64,000 nt of DNA from Octopus bimaculoides (lineage: Eukaryota). The stretch covers positions 6,714,664 through 6,778,663 of the forward strand of contig NC_068991.1 of the NCBI RefSeq assembly GCF_001194135.2, given 5' to 3'. The notes beneath the pieces are model-generated. The model was not told where the DNA came from, did not search any database, and saw only the letters and a program-made list of their open reading frames with translations. Position numbers and translations under genes: made by a program. Below are positions 36,466 to 50,115 of this stretch, piece after piece; within the stretch, counting starts at the first letter, position 1; every line of letters begins with the position of its first letter.

Positions 36466-37504
36466 TTATGAGGAAAGCTTTTGGAAAAGGGAAGGAGAGT
36501 GAGAGAAAGAGAGAGAGAGAATTAAAGAGAGAACGAAAGAGAGAAAGAGGAAAAGAAAGAGAGAAACAGATATGATAAGTGAAGTCCGTGAAAAAAATGG
36601 TATTGTCAAGGCTGGAGTACATTTAATTACAAGATTGCTTCATCAAAGCTTACCGGCGGTTAAATACCAGAACTTGCATATATGAGTAACAATGGCTACG
36701 AGTCAGAATTCTGCCTTTCATCAAGTAAAGATGTTACAACGGTCAACGTCACCAAAAACACATACCGGATTTGATTTAATATATGGTGCACATTTTTTCT
36801 CAAAAAATGTTTCCTACGAAAATCATCGCGCATCTTTTATGCGAAGTTGAGCCGATATTACTTGCTTCAATGTACTAAATAAATGGTTTTACCTGAATAT
36901 GCACAGCTGAAATTGGGATGCGTCTAATGTGAAAATGTGTCTTTATATCAAATGCAGAACTTTTTCCTTCACTCCAAAAACGAATTCAGAGAAAGCGGAT
37001 GTGAGTTTGCTAGGAACACGCCGTTATCTAAGTCATTAAACAACTGTGAGGACGGGTCAATGAACGAGCGTTTTCGCGGACACTCAACCAACTTGAAATA
37101 GCAGCCAAGTATCCCTTAAATCATACCTTACTATCTTTAAAAAAAAGAGAGACATGTAAGACATTAGATAAGATAGTACACCTTGTTAGGCATAAAAATA
37201 AAAATAATAAGATTATCATAAATCTGCTTGATCAGGACTAACTACTTGATCTGAGCTGAATACACATACGCAGGCGCGTATATATATTCACTTAGATAAG
37301 ATTCGGCCAGAATTGGCGTAGGCCATGTCTGACTTGATAAATACCACCTGGAAAAGAGATTCAATACTTTTTCCTGTTACTTTCAGTCTTTGGGCAACAT
37401 AACCCATTCGAGTAAAGAGTTACTGTTTACAGAAATATAACCGGGCGTATATTTACGTTGCTTAATGTCAGACGAATGAGGAAGGAGTGCTCAATACATG
37501 TAGA

Positions 37505-37614
<110 letters not shown>

Positions 37615-37766
37615 TCATCTATTTATTTAATTAAAACAGAAATTTAGAGTTTGCCTGGTCGCAGTGACATGAAACCTGAGTCACTAGACAAACACTCTGC
37701 TTGAGGTTTTATAAAAAAAAATTGTATGTGCGCGTGGCTTACACGCACACATACACACATACATAT

Positions 37767-37810
<44 letters not shown>

Positions 37811-38654
37811 AAAAAGAAAGAAAGAAAGATATATAGATAGATAGAAAAACGACAGCGCCAACACTAATGACAACTGCTCACTTAGTACTGAGATGGAATT
37901 CTTGATGCTCAAAATGTGCTTCCATCTCCAAATATCATAGAATATCGTACGTAATCTNNNNNNNNNNNNNNNNNNNNNNNNNNNNNNNNNNNNNNNNNNN
38001 NNNNNNNNNNNNNNNNNNNNNNNNNNNNNNNNNNNNNNNNNNNNNNNNNNNNNNNNNNNNNNNNNNNNNNNNNNNNNNNNNNNNNNNNNNNNNNNNNNNN
38101 NNNNNNNNNNNNNNNNNNNNNNNNNNNNNNNNNNNNNNNNNNNNNNNNNNNNNNNNNNNNNNNNNNNNNNNNNNNNNNNNNNNNNNNNNNNNNNNNNNNN
38201 NNNNNNNNNNNNNNNNNNNNNNNNNNNNNNNNNNNNNNNNNNNNNNNNNNNNNNNNNNNNNNNNNNNNNNNNNNNNNNNNNNNNNNNNNNNNNNNNNNNN
38301 NNNNNNNNNNNNNNNNNNNNNNNNNNNNNNNNNNNNNNNNNNNNNNNNNNNNNNNNNNNNNNNNNNNNNNNNNNNNNNNNNNNNNNNNNNNNNNNNNNNN
38401 NNNNNNNNNNNNNNNNNNNNNNNNNNNNNNNNNNNNNNNNNNNNNNNNNNATAAGAAAGAGACATGCATAAATACATACGCACACGTAGGCATACACACA
38501 CACACACACACACACACACGTACGTACATACATGCATATATTCATACATACATACACATACATACATACATACATACATACATACGTACGTATGTACATA
38601 TATAAATACATACATGCATGCGTGTGTGCGTGCGTACGTACATACATACATATA

Positions 38655-39060
38655 TACATAGAAAATACCCTGTTGATGTTGTTGAAATTCCAATGAAGGA
38701 ACCTTCGATATAGGTTAGAAACCAGCTGTTTCTAACCTATATTGGGAAGAAATTTTGAAATAAAACTGAACAATGAAATACACATTTAAGACAATAATAA
38801 TTGGTGCATTTAGTTTCAGGAGTAAATGTCTAAGTGACAATCTGGACAAGCTAGGGTTTTCAAACAAAGAACTCAACTAGTTAAGATGCATATTACAAAT
38901 ACAATCTATAAGTAGAACAGTAAAAATATGCAAGACTTTTTCCAGTTCAAAATGTGACAATGCTTTTTTTTTTTTCATTTACTCTCCAACGAAGAGCATT
39001 GTACCGTTGTTATAAACCAGCTCCTTCACAAGAAGACTATAAATAATTAGAATAGAAGAA
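38655..39060 (+). mobile_element. Degenerate Penelope-like repeat between (CATA)n tracts
   Basis: Decayed hammerhead-like signatures (ccaatga...gaaac near 38690-38722; ccaacgaagagc near 38986) and a microsatellite-flanked context. Confidence 0.35.
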
Positions 39061-41575
39061 AACATACATACATACAAACATACAAACATACATACAAACA
39101 TACATACATGCATACATACATACATACATACATACATACATACATACATACATGCATGCATACATACATACATACATGCATACATACATACATACATACA
39201 TGATTATCTAGTTCATTTGGGTGATGATGCCTAAATTCCATTGAAAGAATCTTGTTCCTGGATTAGGCTATAAGTCCTTCTCTATTAGTGAGAAATTAAA
39301 AAAAATATAACCGGAAGAACTCACACATACAGGGAGAGATAGTCCAACAGACAGATATAAATAGCTATACAGATAAGGTGTGTAATGCTTGCCAAAAGTT
39401 ACACGGGGCATTTAAATATATTTCCAGATAGTGAAGCCATCGAAAAAGCATGTCAGCATTCTGTCTGTCTGTCTGTCTCTCTCTCCCCCTTCTCTCTCGC
39501 ACTTTCATTCTCTCTTGCTCTCTGAAGTTTCTTCTCATATGTATATAAACATACATACACACACAATACACAAACACACTACAGAAACACACATGCACAA
39601 ATACACATACACAAACTTGTGCAGGTGCAATACTATATATNNNNNNNNNNNNNNNNNNNNNNNNNNNNNNNNNNNNNNNNNNNNNNNNNNNNNNNNNNNN
39701 NNNNNNNNNNNNNNNNNNNNNNNNNNNNNNNNNNNNNNNNNNNNNNNNNNNNNNNNNNNNNNNNNNNNNNNNNNNNNNNNNNNNNNNNNNNNNNNNNNNN
39801 NNNNNNNNNNNNNNNNNNNNNNNNNNNNNNNNNNNNNNNNNNNNNNNNNNNNNNNNNNNNNTATATATGTATATATATGTATGTATATATATATATACAT
39901 GCATCAAAGAATTTCCTATACTATACACACACACACACACACACAGATAGACTTACACACATCGCATTTTGCTTTCATGCATGTCAATACGCAACTCTTT
40001 AGATAATGCTACGTTTTAAAAAGCTTTAAAAGGTATTACATCTAGTTGAGTATCTAAATATCCGCAGTATATTTGTGTGTGTGTGTGTGTGTGTGCTCCA
40101 GCATGGCCACAGTCAAATGACTGAAACAAGTAAAAGAGTAAAAGAGTAATGTAACACACACACACACACATGTGAAATGCACACATACATACAGACGGAC
40201 CACACTGATTTGTACCGTCAGCGACATATCAGTGGAGCCTGTAACTAGTCAGGTGACCTTTCAGCGTCAACAGAAAATTTGATAATGCATTAGAAGTCAT
40301 AGTTTGGAATTTAATATTTGGAATACCAATGTATAGTTAAAGATCCTATTATTGAAACTATTTCTAAATAAACACATGATTTGTTTTACGATTTGTCCTT
40401 TAAACTTTATGCACCCTTTAATCTTATTCACTCCCTAGTACGCACCCAACAACTTAGATATTTCACTGGTAGTTTCAGCAACATGTTTCCAGGAAGATGA
40501 GGTCAGTCATACGTACAAAGGACACTGTGTCGTACCTTTGAGAGTATAAGATTTCATAATGCATGGCCTGAAATAGAAATGTGTTCACTGAGAAATACAC
40601 ACACACACACACACATTTCTATTAATATTTAGCAGAAGCAACAGAGTCACTTAAGGCACGAGACTCTCGGACCTTGAATCACTTTGTTGCTTCTGTTAAG
40701 TATTAAGAAGAATATACATATATTCATGTTTTGAGTTCTATTTTTCCTGTTTACACCAACATACCTCCCTCTCTCTCCCTCTCCCTCTCTATCTATCTCT
40801 CCCCCTCTCTCTCCCCTCTCTCTCCCCCTTCTCTCTTTCTTTATATATATATAAAGAAATAATATAACCAGGCTTTAATGGTAGATTACAACATNNNNNN
40901 NNNNNNNNNNNNNNNNNNNNNNNNNNNNNNNNNNNNNNNNNNNNNNNNNNNNNNNNNNNNNNNNNNNNNNNNNNNNNNNNNNNNNNNNNNNNNNNNNNNN
41001 NNNNNNNNNNNNNNNNNNNNNNNNNNNNNNNNNNNNNNNNNNNNNNNNNNNNNNNNNNNNNNNNNNNNNNNNNNNNNNNNNNNNNNNNNNNNNNNNNNNN
41101 NNNNNNNNNNNNNNNNNNNNNNNNNNNNNNNNNNNNNNNNNNNNNNNNNNNNNNNNNNNNNNNNNNNNNNNNNNNNNNNNNNNNNNNNNNNNNNNNNNNN
41201 NNNNNNNNNNNNNNNNNNNNNNNNNNNNNNNNNNNNNNNNNNNNNNNNNNNNNNNNNNNNNNNNNNNNNNNNNNNNNNNNNNNNNNNNNNNNNNNNNNNN
41301 NNNNNNNNNNNNNNNNNNNNNNNNNNNNNNNNNNNNNNNNNNNNNNNNNNNNNNNNNNNNNNNNNNNNNNNNNNNNNNNNNNNNNNNNNNNNNNNNNNNN
41401 NNNNNNNNNNNNNNNNNNNNNNNNNNNNNNNNNNNNNNNNNNNNNNNNNNNNNNNNNNNNNNNNNNNNNNNNNNNNNNNNNNNNNNNNNNNNNNNNNNNN
41501 NNNNNNNNNNNNNNNNNNNNNNNNNNNNNNNNNNNNNNNNNNNNNNNNNNNNNNNNNNNNNNNNNNNNNNNNNNN

Positions 41576-41638
<63 letters not shown>

Positions 41639-42725
41639 GTTTAAGAATTTTGAGATTTATGTTCTGACGCATAAGCCTGATGTTTGGAATCAATTCAGTC
41701 TGTTATAAACTGTTGCTCTAATAATACACGCAAGCTCGTCTGCACACATATATTAATGAACAACCTCATTAAATTGTAAGGTATGAAAAAGGTCAAGCGC
41801 TACTAAGTACCCTGGTACATAGATACTCGTATTTAATCAATATACATGGTTACCGTGTAATTTCTTGAACAAAATACCATGCAGAATGAATACGGTCGTA
41901 GAGTTTGGTAGACAGCGCTTAGATATTTATGACTCTCTTGTCTCCCTGCTTGCGCCCGCATTCGTGAGAAAGAGATGTATACATACACGCACACACACAC
42001 GCACACACGCACGCACACACGCACGCACACGCGCGCCTACACACACACACACACACACTTGTTTCAGGTATTGGACTGCGGACATGATTGACAACCACCT
42101 TGTAGACTTAGCCGTACAAATCGGCCCCAGTGCTTACTTTTTAAAACCTGGCCGCAATCCAATGATAGAAACAAGTAAGAGGTAAAATATATTTTATAAA
42201 TTTCTCTTTGAGCTCTCACTGGGAGCAGGTTTGATAAAAGAAAGTAAAGACTGAATATGTTTTATACATTGAGTGAATATATCTATCTTTCTCTTTCTGT
42301 GATATTTTCTCCAAGTTCCATGTGATGCCTTCAAACTCTGAAAGCGATTTATAATTTATTTAGTGATAAACACCTTTTAAAATTCTGTCGGAAAGTCGGA
42401 AAATGGTCTAAGTTTGGCAAACTACAGAAAAATACCGCATAACAGATGAATTATTAAATTAGCTATTTGTCTGGTCTTAATCAGAATTCTAATTGCATTT
42501 TCATTCACACTGTATATGGAGTAATAAAATCAGCAGATATAAATACCCAGCTGGAGTTGGACGTCCCAGTTATAAAATTCTCTCATTATCAACATCCGTT
42601 TACTTTCATATGGTCAGCAAGAACGTAATCACTCTATGCAAAACATATTTTCATCTTTGCCTTGTAAGTAAATTTGTTGGATAGAAACAGTATGGAAGCC
42701 TGTTGTACACACACACACACACATT

Positions 42726-42758
<33 letters not shown>

Positions 42759-42769
42759 ATATATATATG

Positions 42770-43010
42770 CGAGCGTGTGTGCTTTTGTGTCTGTGTTTGT
42801 CACCCCCTTCCCACGGCTTTGCAACCAGTGTTAGTTTGTTTACGTCCCCGTAGCTTAACTGCTCAGCAAAACAAACAAATAGAATATGTACCAGACTTCC
42901 AGAAAAAAAAACATAAGTACTGGGGTCGATTTATTCGACTAAAGCCCTTCAAGGCGAAAACCCGACATGGTCGCAGTCCAATGACTAAAACAAGTAGAAG
43001 ATGAAAAGAA
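42770..43010 (+). mobile_element. SINE family B, 3' half
   Basis: gtttacgtccccgtagcttaac...ataagtactggggtcgatttattcgactaaa...gtcgcagtccaatgactaaaacaagtag. Confidence 0.85.
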
Positions 43011-43962
43011 AAAGAAAAAAAGATAGCTATGCGTCAGAAGATAAATCTAAAATTCTTAAAATACAGTTTTCTCTCTAACGTGAACCAGCATAAAATATTT
43101 AATACTGTCAGTTACCAATATCGTTCATTTTCTTACTTATTTTAGATTTTGATATAATTCTAAACAGAAAGAAACAGTCGGCTGGCCTACGAAGGTGGCA
43201 GGATGCCAGTTGGACTATAACTCGTTCACTGGATTTGTGTTGTGTTGTATTATCCATGTTGTCGCTTGCAAATTCACAAATGTTAAATCTCTTACACAAA
43301 ATCCTACTCGACCTTAAGGGATTGCCAACAACAACGACGAAGATTATAATTATAGAGTGTGCCTGGTGCCATTGCAATACAGTAAACTATGCACATTTTC
43401 AAGAGTGTTTACTAGAACAGAAGCTGTATAAAATACCACTTAAGATTTTCTAAGATGTATCTACTTCCGTATTTAAAGTGGTTTGTTTAAAGTTAACTAA
43501 TTTGTTGAGTCTTCAAGTATATTTCATGTCCATTTAATGCCATTCAGACGAGTGATGGCTGATTCATCCATTCATACTTCAAAACAACTGACAACATCTG
43601 CAGAAAACGGTAGTAGACCAGGCGTTCTCTAATCTTTTAGTAAATATGTTCTCTTTTAGCAAGGAAATACTAAATTTGAAAGAACAATGGCCAGTAGTGG
43701 CGTATTGTGAATAATTAGCGATTGTGCTGTAGTATAATTAAAGTCAAGATGGGTGGAAAGGACAGAAAATGGTACAAATTTAAGTGTAGTGTTTGTTAGT
43801 CTAAAAGAGCTATTTTAAACAGCGCTTTATATCAACAGATGAGCAAATGATAGAGAAGATACTATAAACTACGATATACGAGGTGTACTAGGAATATACA
43901 GACACATACATACATACATACATACATACATACATACATACATACATACATACATACATACA

Positions 43963-44017
43963 TACGAGTAGGTGTTGAAAAGTTCCTGGCTTTAAGGGTG
44001 TCGCGAAAGGCCTGGTT
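43963..44017 (+). mobile_element. Solo mariner-type terminal repeat fragment
   Basis: ta-cgagtaggtgttgaaaagttcctggct at the end of a (CATA)n; TACGAG start as in the 6950 TIR. Confidence 0.5.
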
Positions 44018-44471
44018 GAAGGAGAGGGAGCAACGGGCCGCACATTCCAGAACAAATAACGTGCTCAACCTTGCCCCGTGGTTATGACTGCAATGACGTC
44101 GCCACGGAGAATGGCCAGCGACACTCGCTCCAGCAGCTGCTTCGACTAGCGGGGTTCATTTCTTAGACGGGCTACCTTATTCCGATTTTGCGGAGGAAAT
44201 CGGTAACGCAGGTTACAAGAACATCTGAGGTCCCGACAGCGACCAACACAAAATGACAGCGGCCGGTGAGATCCCCATATTTATTTTATTTTTCATTCCT
44301 TTGCGTTACGGGCGGCGAGATCCCCGTTTGCCTCCCTCGTATGGAAAAAGGGTTATTCTGTCAGTATTTTCACCGTCGTCGCGGCCAAGACCTAAAAGGA
44401 GCGGTGTCAACCGTCTCAAACAAATGAATTTCAAGGATTACATAAGACTCTCATAAGATGCTAAAACTTAC

Positions 44472-44547
44472 CGATCTATACTTGGTTTCCAAACTGTTAA
44501 TGGGCGACGGCCTAAGCTGAGATTAGAGGTTTGTGCTTCCAAACTAC
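44472..44547 (-). CDS. Candidate 76-nt internal exon, (x)SLEAQTSNLSLGRRPLTVWKPSID(R)
   Basis: cattttatttcttttccag|gtagtttgg...atagatcg|gtaagt. Strong acceptor and donor; exactly one open frame. No homology recognised. Confidence 0.4.
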
Positions 44548-44616
44548 CTGGAAAAGAAATAAAATGCTAATATTAAAACATTTCTATAAGAAGAAGAGAG
44601 CAATAATTTAAAAATA

Positions 44617-45069
44617 CCGTTTTTACTCATGTATATAAAAAAAAAAGGGATAAAAATAGGCTAAAGATCCTTCTCGAATCCTATGCACTCATACAGCCGA
44701 TTTACTGGTTTCTGTGCCGTATATATTCCCCAAGTGGACGGGACGCCGGTCTGTCGCAGGATAACTCATTTTTGCAAGCTGAGTGGACTGGAGCAACGTG
44801 AAACGAAGTGCTTTGTTCAAGAACACAACACGCCAACCTGTCCAAGAACCGAAACCACAATCTTTCGATCATAAGTCCAACATCCTAACCATTAAGCCAC
44901 GTACCTCCACACTTCTGTATAAGTCGCGCTATTTTATACTTGATTTTTGCGGGGAAAAAACTGGGACACGACTTATACACGGTGCAAATCCAAAACTATG
45001 TAGGGAAAAAAATTTGTACCAAGATTTAACTCTAAATTAGGGGAGTGACTTATTCACGAGGAAATACGG
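44617..45069. mobile_element. Tc2/Kanga-like MITE with a SINE inserted in its left TIR
   Basis: Left TIR ccgtttttactcatgtata...(insert)...agtcgc; right TIR gacttattcacgaggaaatacgg; TA at both ends; related to 28505. Confidence 0.8.
44636..44915 (-). mobile_element. SINE family D, full length, with tgtata target-site duplication
   Basis: Head, CORE-like part, V-like cctgcgacagaccggcgtcccgtcca and T-rich tail. tgtata at 44630-44635 and 44916-44921. Confidence 0.85.
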
Positions 45070-46143
45070 TAGTTTTCGGTCTATATTTTTTTATACAGAA
45101 AGTGTTAACAGCTGTTTATATTAATATGGAATTTATACTATATTCCCTCTTCTGCAATATGTAACATATTTAACATATTTAAATCATTTAACTTTAAAAA
45201 TGTTTTTACTTTGGTTTATTTAAGTTTTTATACAGAACCACATCATCCACTCACATTCTAACACATTTATATCGTGTACCTCTAAGGTTTGATTCTCCAT
45301 AAGAAAACATCTTGCTTCTCATTTTCGGTAATGTATTTCCTATTAGCATCTCAAAACACTTTACATGTGCGTGTGTTTATGTGTGTGTTTGTCTGTTTCT
45401 ATATGCGTATGTCTGTGTGTGTGCGTGAGTGTACGTGTGTTTAACCATATTTAAACTCTGAATAATCTACACCTGTAAAACATTACGTGGGGAGCTGAAC
45501 AACTTACGCTTGATATTATCAAAATATTTGATGTATGTTAATCCATCCACATAAGGATTGCACGTTAAAATTAAATCAGTTTTTTTATAAATCTACAAAC
45601 AAAAATTCATACGATGTTTTTTCAGTATACTTCCCAAGAATATATATATATATANNNNNNNNNNNNNNNNNNNNNNNNNNNNNNNNNNNNNNNNNNNNNN
45701 NNNNNNNNNNNNNNNNNNNNNNNNNNNNNNNNNNNNNNNNNNNNNNNNNNNNNNNNNNNNNNNNNNNNNNNNNNNNNNNNNNNNNNNNNNNNNNNNNNNN
45801 NNNNNNNNNNNNNNNNNNNNNNNNNNNNNNNNNNNNNNNNNNNNNNNNNNNNNNNNNNNNNNNNNNNNNNNNNNNNNNNNNNNNNNNNNNNNNNNNNNNN
45901 NNNNNNNNNNNNNNNNNNNNNNNNNNNNNNNNNNNNNNNNNNNNNNNNNNNNNNNNNNNNNNNNNNNNNNNNNNNNNNNNNNNNNNNNNNNNNNNNNNNN
46001 NNNNNNNNNNNNNNNNNNNNNNNNNNNNNNNNNNNNNNNNNNNNNNNNNNNNNNNNNNNNNNNNNNNNNATATATGCATGTATGTATGTATATTTACTTT
46101 CAACTTTATATATATATAGTGAGATGATAGATAGATAGAGATA

Positions 46144-46206
<63 letters not shown>

Positions 46207-46924
46207 GCTGACATTATTTTTCCTCCTCGGTATGAACAATGAAATTTCCAGCATAAGTAACTCCTTTCAAAGCTAAATTCAAACGTTTTCAATGTAGACC
46301 GATTTACCTTCAGTTTGTTTCTTCTTGGTATCAATTCCTTGCTCCCTACGTATTCAAGGATTCAATTGAGTTTACCAGCAGGCGTCGTTTCAAGAAAGCC
46401 GTCACATTATACCTCTCAGTGTGAACCCATGTGATAGATGGATTTACAATATTTTCGTGGAATATGAGAAGCAGAGAATGTCAAAGCTGAGAAAACTGGT
46501 CATGTTTCGTCCCACTTCTTGCTTAATATTCTCCAAAGCATATTTCGAACACTCACAAAACATGTGAATTCTGAATATGATATATTTATTAAAGACCTCG
46601 CATCACATTAGTTGATATCCATGAAATTTATTATTATTTTTTTAATGTTCGAACACATTTATTTTTTTATACATAAACTGAAATGTATATGAAAAAAAAA
46701 AAAACTGATAATGAGTATTACTTGAAATGTCTTTTTTTTTTTTTTCTAATTGTAAAATGTATCATATTTTTTACGTTAATCTCTTTATGGCCTTATGGAA
46801 TTTATGGTCTTATGCACGGAGAAGTGTATTCATAAAACGCCATTTTGCTTTTCTACTTACGCAGAACTAAACGGAAATAGCCCAGACGAAAAGAGAGATG
46901 GAGAATGTATGCTTATTTATTTGC

Positions 46925-47213
46925 TTTCTTCGAGCCCTAGGACTCGTAAGGCCGATTATCCGAATTTCATGTCGTGTACGTGACTAAGATCACAACGTTA
47001 CCCCTGAACGGGACACCGGTCCGTTGCAGGATTCCAGGCCAGCAATTTTGAGGGGACTGGGGTTAGTCGATTACATTGGTTGTTATCGATCCCAAACGGT
47101 TGAAATGCAAAGTTAACCTCGGCAGGATTTGAACTCAGACTGTAAAAAAGCCGGAAGAAATACGGTTTAGCATTTTGCCCAACGTGCTGGTGATTCTGCC
47201 AGTTCACCACCTA
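46925..47213 (-). mobile_element. Chimera: family A head and body (47033-47213) + family D V-domain and tail (46925-47032)
   Basis: The A sequence runs into tcctgcaacggaccggtgtcccgttcagggg...gagtcctagggctcgag; no D head is present upstream. Confidence 0.75.
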
Positions 47214-47581
47214 TATCTTTATTACAATCTATAAAATAATTCATGTTTTTTTTAAAATCAACTCGACAAATTTAATATTTAAAAGCGAAAATATTATTAA
47301 AAAAACAATTTTGATATAATCTATTTTATATTTATAACCTAAACACCGTCTTCATAGAAAATATTAAGCTTAATAGAGTAGAGAAACACAAGCTGAAGTT
47401 TAATGCTATTATTGGTTGTTGAAAACCGACTAATATGTCTAAAGTCTGTAGATCTTTCTAACAACCTGCTCGTATTCTAGCCACGTTCTTCTCTGCCTTC
47501 TACGTGTACTACACTGACCTCTAATCCTTTGAACACGCTGACTGTACACTAGTAAACTTCTGTATGTATCCAATCAAACTT

Positions 47582-47705
47582 ACTTGTTGCACATGCTTTA
47601 CATTCTCTCGTCATTTTCAATGAGACTCAAGCTTTGTTTATGTCCTAAACAATTTGCCTGGCTCTTCTAAAGCTTCATTTCTTAAGAGCTCCTTCATTGT
47701 CCATG
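47582..47705 (-). pseudogene. Ty3/gypsy integrase zinc-finger relic
   Basis: Reads ..RRARQIV*DINKA*..KMTRECKACATSK, resembling RRAR.SVYWPG.NKDI..MV..C..C. Confidence 0.45.
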
Positions 47706-49625
47706 ATTTTTCCCAATTACAACCATTTAACTGTAAATTCAATGTTTCTGGAATTTATGTCCTCTAATCTAGAAATACTATGTGTTTCTTTTATCTTGCT
47801 TCTTACTCTGCTTTGATAAAGGGTTAAAGCGAATGTTTAGTCTACTCCTTTTCCTTATCCTCTTTTCAGTGTACTATTCACTGTGCACAACTGTGAACGA
47901 AGAAAGAAAAGGGCAGACTGCCACAAAGGATTACATAGACATTAGGTTTGTGAGTTTAAAAAATTGATTTAGCAACTGCCTACAGGCAAAGCGTAGGATA
48001 TAAACAGTTCAATTTCAAGGAAGCCACTTAGGTAATTCACAAAAAATGTGATGAGAACAGAATAAGAAGAAAGTACCCCGTAGGCCTAATAAAGAATTAG
48101 GTTCGAAATTCCAATATAACAACCGAGTCCAACACAAAACACTCGAAGAAGGCCAGAGTGTAAAACAGTCTCAAAGTAGTGAAAGTAAAAACCAAGAGTT
48201 GGAAACCAGTCCGACTGATATAAACAGTACACAACTTTTAATGTTATTTGTGTACGTGTTTCCAGTTTTGTCCATCACTCTTCAGATTTTCGTCTACCTC
48301 TTGTAACCTCTCGTGTTGGTCATCAGTCAGTCTGTTATTTCTCTATTGCCGTTTCTGCTATTTCACCTATAAAGGTTTATAAGTTTACATTTCCTCCCAT
48401 TTCTTTCAGAATAAATGGTGAAATAGAAAACAAAAAGTTATCAGTCATAAACATTAGAGCAGGAACGAAAATAAACAATAAAAATATCAACATCTGCAAG
48501 AACAGTTGCATTGACAGCCACCACCACCACCACCATACCGGCAGAACGAGTAGCACCATCAACAGCTGCACCAGTACCAACTATACAGATCCAAGAAACG
48601 CAATAACTAAAAGCCTCGAATGAAATTCAACGTAAAGCAACATTAATAACAAACTCAACAACACCCTCGTACACAGAGATAAAATCCTAATGACTATCCA
48701 GGCATTCGACCTTTTTTAAATTACACCCAACTGCTAACACCCAACTGCTAAAAGCCAACCGAATTATTCTGAATCCTCCCAACATTCCAGAGAACGGTAG
48801 TAAACCATTAACATAAATGTTTGCATAAAATTTCTCTGCAGCACGTAACCAGCTTGCTCATAGACTATCCCAACTTGAAATATTCTGTCTAATAAAAACC
48901 GTTTACCGATTTCAGAACGTCGGGGGTAATATACTAACTAATATGTAGAGAAAACACCCATTGTAGGCGGGTATTAAATAGAATGAATTTCGTAGGATAT
49001 ACTATTTCATCCGTATGAGCTAAATTTTTCTGTGTAAAAACCAAACAGCAATGAGATGTTGTTTAAAGTTTTAAGTTGCACAGAAAAAGCGAAATGAGAG
49101 AAGAGAGCGGAGACGGAGAACGCAGTCGACGCTAATGGAAGTGTTTGGCTTCAGTGAGCGGCCATTACATTAGGAAATATCAAAATCAAGCCCGCTGTTG
49201 TAATGTGTTAGATATATTTCTGAGTCAAAACTGAAATGCATCCCAAACATAAACAGTAATTTTACTAGTTTTTTAGATGTTGCAGTTATTACTACTGCTA
49301 CTGTTGTTGTTGTTATTGTTGTAAATAAATTAATAAAAAGAAAACGGAAAACAAAGAAACAAGTAGAAGCCTGGTTAGCAGAAGGTAATCGGGGAAGTTC
49401 GTATGCCGTTGGGAATCGAAAATTGTAATGTTTTGAGAGCAAAGTCCTCCCGAACATTTCAAAATACGCGAATTATTGTTGTTGTTGTTGCTGTTGTTTA
49501 GTTTCAGAAAAAAATTAACTATGTTTATTAGTAAGAAGTTTGCTTCGGGTTCGGTCCCACTGAGTTGCACTTTGGATGTCTTTTATTATAACTCCGGGTC
49601 AGCCAGAGACTTGTGAATGTATATA

Positions 49626-49659
<34 letters not shown>

Positions 49660-50115
49660 CATATATATGTCGATTATGAATCTTTTCTTTTACTTCTGTG
49701 CTGCGTCATTTAACAAACCGGTCTGTCTTTCTGTCTTAAAAAATGTCGGTAGGAGAAACCTAAAAATATGTTTATCTAATGCCACACACACACACACACA
49801 CACACACACCCAGAGTCATCGTCAACAATATAAATACAGGATCTCTTAAATCTGTGTTTAGTTACTTAAGCTCGTCATGCAAAATTACTCCTACACATAA
49901 TCTAAAACAACTTTCATGAATTAAAACACAGATTCCCACCTACTTACGCAAATATATTTGTATAAGCAATAATGAAATGCCATTTGTACACAGTGCAGCA
50001 TAAGCTAATGAGCAAATCCTCCACTTGATCGAAATATCAAGTTTGGAACAGGTTGTTATAATACTTAACAGACAGATATTTAAAGCCTCTTTGATAATTA
50101 TAATTCATATTAAAT

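Noticed and set aside
44310-44360. HDV-like ribozyme suggested by gcctccctcg
   Set aside because: P3 and P1 partner strands could not be built.
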